The translations under genes and the position numbers were made by a program. Below the pieces are notes generated by a model. The model was not told the origin of the DNA. It did not search any database and saw only the letters and a program-made list of their open reading frames with translations. Of a stretch of DNA of 64,000 bases, positions 60,911 to 64,000 are shown piece after piece. Source of the stretch: Promethearchaeota archaeon (GTDB lineage Archaea; Asgardarchaeota; Lokiarchaeia; Sigyniarchaeales; SOKP01); contig JAHPZE010000017.1 of assembly GCA_019058365.1 (NCBI GenBank), positions 22,830 through 86,829 of the forward strand, given 5' to 3'. Each line of letters starts with the position of its first letter. Within the stretch, counting starts at the first letter, position 1.

Positions 60911-61909
60911 GTGAGCAAATTTCAAAAGATGGTAACTTCTGCCCAAAATGCTATGATTCATGTAATGAATTTGAATAAGGAAGATGCTGTTTTGGTTGTA
61001 ACTGACGATTCTACAAAAAGAATAGGAGAAGCTTTTTATAATGCGGCTATCAAGTATGGTTCGTCAGCACAATTATATATGTTACCCGAAAAAAATCGAC
61101 CTTTATCAGAAATACCCGTAGAAATGAATGAGTTAGCAAAAGGAAAAACAATAGTAATTAATGCATTTATAGGATTAGGCGATGAAACTCCATTTCGAGT
61201 TAAATGGATAAAAGAACTTATTGCTACTAGATCAATTCGATTAGGTCATGGTCCTGGTATTACTAAATCTATGATGATTAAAGGTCCTATGAATATTGAT
61301 TATAAAAAAATGGAAGGATTAGCAGATAAAATGATTAAAAACTTCGAGAATGCTAAAATAGCACATGTCTCAGCACCAGGAGGAACTGATATTATACTAT
61401 ATATCGAAGATCGTGGATTTTCTACAGATGTTAAAATTACTAAGGATCCTTATCTAGCGAATCTACCCTGTGGTGAAATATGGTGTGGACCCATTGAATC
61501 CAAGGGCGACGGTATTATTGTATGTGATGGTTCAATTGGTGATATCGGAAAAGTAAAGAAACCTTTGAAAATATCTGTAAAAAATGGGAAAATCAGTAAC
61601 ATCGAAAGTGAAGATCGAAAATTAGTTGAAGAAGTCGAGAGATTAATAAACTTGGATGAAGAAGCTAAAATTATCGGAGAACTTGGAATAGGTCTTAACC
61701 CAGGGGCTAAATTAAGTGGGATTTTACTTGAGGATGAAAAAGCCCTTGACACTGCTCATATTGCCTTTGGCAATAATACCGACATGGATGGTGGGCAGAA
61801 TAAATCAAAAACACATAGGGATTTCTTATTCTATAAGCCAACACTAAAAATCACTTATAAAGATGATTCAACTAAGGTTTTAATTAAAAAGGGGAAATTC
61901 TGCTTTTGA
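60911..61909 (+). CDS. M29-like (thermophilic metalloprotease) aminopeptidase
   Basis: GGTDI, NLPCGE, GELGIGLNP, LEDEK..TAHIAFG.N, HRD. Confidence 0.88.
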   Translation: MSKFQKMVTSAQNAMIHVMNLNKEDAVLVVTDDSTKRIGEAFYNAAIKYGSSAQLYMLPEKNRPLSEIPVEMNELAKGKTIVINAFIGLGDETPFRVKWIKELIATRSIRLGHGPGITKSMMIKGPMNIDYKKMEGLADKMIKNFENAKIAHVSAPGGTDIILYIEDRGFSTDVKITKDPYLANLPCGEIWCGPIESKGDGIIVCDGSIGDIGKVKKPLKISVKNGKISNIESEDRKLVEEVERLINLDEEAKIIGELGIGLNPGAKLSGILLEDEKALDTAHIAFGNNTDMDGGQNKSKTHRDFLFYKPTLKITYKDDSTKVLIKKGKFCF

Positions 61910-62465
61910 GTAATAATAATTCTATTGATTAAAACGACTTTCTAATCTAATAGATTAGAAATTTTTACTAAGGTAATCGTACATTCAGTAATTGCACATC
62001 TAAGGCGTGGAAAGCCCTCTTCAGGAAAGCTATCACGTTCAAAGTCATTTCATATTTGTTACATTTCCATTTCTGTTCTACTTACTAATATTTGAAAACT
62101 GCTTTTCTCGCTTCCTAAATCAATGTAATTATGCCTTTAATTAAAATAATAAGGAAGCTTTATTTAAAGTTTTAGGAAAAGAAAAGAGTCAAAATAGAGA
62201 TAATTCGAAATAATTTGAAGTATCCCTTAAATCAAGCATTATAAATTCTTAAAACATATTATTATTCAGATTTTTTTAGTTTTCATCTTTTTTCTGAGAG
62301 AAACGGGAAAAAGCAATATATATATAGAAAAAATTCACTAAAAATATTTATTTTTAATCCATTTTTTTAAGATGATATAATTCCGAGAAAAATGAAAGAA
62401 GATTTTCATTAAAAATATGAAATAATAATTCTCAACATTAAATTTACTAAAAAAGATTGATAAAT

Positions 62466-63608
62466 TTGAAATTTATTTCCACTTGTTTTAGGCGATATAC
62501 AAAGAAAAAATCAAAACGTATTATGTTTTGTACATCATTATTTTGTTGTATTTTAAGTTTAATTTTATTATCATCAATAAAATCTAATCTGAACAATAAT
62601 TCTGAAAATATACAGGATAATTTAATTTATAGTGAGTATGCTTTTAAATCATCAACTCCTCCTGTATTTTTAATAAATTCACCAATTAATTGTACTTCAT
62701 ATAGTAGTATTGCACCAAACTTTACATTAACAATTCTTGATGGATTAGGAAAATATTATTGGTATGAATTTTTAGAAACAGGAGAAAGTTCAGTCCCTAT
62801 TGAAATAAATGGAATTCATAATGAAAATATATCCGACACGTTTAATCAAAATTTATGGAATAAATTAACTAACGGAGATGTAACGATTAGATTTTTTATA
62901 GTTAACCCTTTAGGAAAAGTAGAACATGCTGATGTACTGGTTAGAATTGATGTTATTAAACCGTCTCTTAATACTTTATCATCTAGTATTAAATCATTTA
63001 ATTCAACAACTTTAGGTTTTATAGTCCAGATTTGGATGTCATTGATGTATGTCTTTATTTTTTTTAAGCGATATATAAAGAAAAATGAAGAACGTTTGTA
63101 CTATAGTTTAATTGTATTGTGCTACTTTTTATTATTTATCTTTTTAATTTCCACAAATCTTAATTTCGAAAGTAATTTTAAAAATATAAAGGATCATTTA
63201 ATTTTCGAAGAGAATTCCTTAAAACTATCAACTGCTCCAAGTATTAAAATTAATTCTCCAATTGACTATAATTTATACGGAAAAATAGCACCAAACTTCT
63301 CAATAACTATTATTGATGGGTTAGCAAACTGTACATGGTATGAATTCATAGAAACAGGAGAAACTTCCATACCTATTGAATTAGAAGGAGTCCTGAATGA
63401 AAATATAACAGGATCATTTAATCAAACTATATGGAATAATTTATCCAATGGAACTGCAACGATTAGGTTTTATGCAAATAACACCTTAGGAGAAGTAGGA
63501 CAAGCAGATGTTATAGTTAGAATTGATATTATTAAACCAACTCTTAATATTTTATCACCTCTTAGTGGTTATTTTAATTCAACCTCTCCAGAATATATTG
63601 TTGAGATT
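62466..63608 (+). repeat. Diverged in-frame tandem duplication, period 576 nt
   Basis: 62466..63032 aligns codon-for-codon with 63042..63608 (FRRYTKK/FKRYIKK; WYEFLETGESS/WYEFIETGETS; VRIDVIKP/VRIDIIKP). Confidence 0.85.
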
Positions 63609-64000
63609 AAGGATCCTAATTTGGATAAGATGTGGTATACATTAAATCTTAACGCTACAAAGTATTTTTTTGAAATTAATGAATCGATTAATCAAAATGG
63701 TTGGAATTTTCTACCTGATGGAATAGTTAATATTACTTTTTTTGCAAATGATACCGTTAACAATGTATATTCCCTTATAACGCAAGTTACAAAAGATACC
63801 ACTGACCCAGTAATCACAATTACTTCACCTACCGCAGGAGTATATGATGAAGCTCCTGCGTATGATATTATTATTACTGAAGCCAATTTGAATCAGTACT
63901 GGTATACACTGAATGGTGGTTCTCCGATTTATATTACCTCAATGACAGGAACGATAAATTCAACCGAGTGGGGAACCCTAGCTGATGGTTCTGTAGAAAT
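62466..64000 (+). CDS. Partial membrane-anchored surface protein with Ig-like repeats (runs off the right edge; not in ORF track)
   Basis: Open frame from TTG 62466 (or ATG 62523) to the window end. Repeats P.I.I.SP...P.F.I.I.D...WY...W..L.(N/D)G...I.F.AN, with many NxS/T sequons. Confidence 0.85.
   Translation, partial: MKFISTCFRRYTKKKSKRIMFCTSLFCCILSLILLSSIKSNLNNNSENIQDNLIYSEYAFKSSTPPVFLINSPINCTSYSSIAPNFTLTILDGLGKYYWYEFLETGESSVPIEINGIHNENISDTFNQNLWNKLTNGDVTIRFFIVNPLGKVEHADVLVRIDVIKPSLNTLSSSIKSFNSTTLGFIVQIWMSLMYVFIFFKRYIKKNEERLYYSLIVLCYFLLFIFLISTNLNFESNFKNIKDHLIFEENSLKLSTAPSIKINSPIDYNLYGKIAPNFSITIIDGLANCTWYEFIETGETSIPIELEGVLNENITGSFNQTIWNNLSNGTATIRFYANNTLGEVGQADVIVRIDIIKPTLNILSPLSGYFNSTSPEYIVEIKDPNLDKMWYTLNLNATKYFFEINESINQNGWNFLPDGIVNITFFANDTVNNVYSLITQVTKDTTDPVITITSPTAGVYDEAPAYDIIITEANLNQYWYTLNGGSPIYITSMTGTINSTEWGTLADGSVE

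Noticed and set aside
61985-62130. GC-richer patch with hairpin CGTG..GC..GC..CACG (62006-62037), considered as a SECIS, riboswitch or other ncRNA
   Set aside because: Short imperfect stem without a convincing AUGA/GA core and no nearby selenoprotein-like ORF. The minus strand reads as a stop-interrupted frame (TAA and TGA), so it may be a gene remnant.
992-63886. Many 60-150 aa ORFs antisense to or nested in long genes
   Set aside because: Shadow ORFs of well-supported genes with Ser/Phe/Ile-biased translations.
1-64000. CRISPR arrays, tRNA/rRNA genes, IS elements
   Set aside because: No regularly spaced repeats, GC-rich structural RNA blocks, transposase motifs or terminal inverted repeats recognised by eye.

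Overview
AT-rich archaeal chromosomal segment, most consistent with Asgard archaea (Lokiarchaeia-like). This call rests on an actin-related protein, a gelsolin-domain protein, two Roadblock/LC7 proteins, an MglA/Arf-like small GTPase, an LRR protein with the EFWGHCSNLQAW N-domain, bacterial-type gyrBA, cofE, gatAB and archaeal asnS. The left ~3.85 kb looks like an accessory island abutting a 5'-truncated fucose-isomerase-family gene. It holds a tightly coupled four-gene operon in which every protein ends in a winged-helix domain, and the last gene also has a HEPN-like RxxxxxxH motif (candidate defence/TA system). The middle is mostly housekeeping. A co-oriented cluster at 47.3-57.6 kb encodes gelsolin, Roadblock, a Cdc48-N-repeat/Pro-rich/vWA protein, an AbrB-ACT regulator, a polybasic coiled-coil protein, a divergent actin, a catalytically degenerate CHAT (caspase-like) protein and a degenerate PLD-like protein (candidate undescribed cytoskeletal scaffold module). 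Other points: a probable ATT start codon supported by a paralog, an identical 62-bp promoter repeat between diverged paralogs, several pseudogenes, and an in-frame 576-nt duplication at the start of a surface protein running off the right edge. I recognised no rRNA, tRNA or CRISPR array. All family assignments are by-eye motif recognition, not database results.
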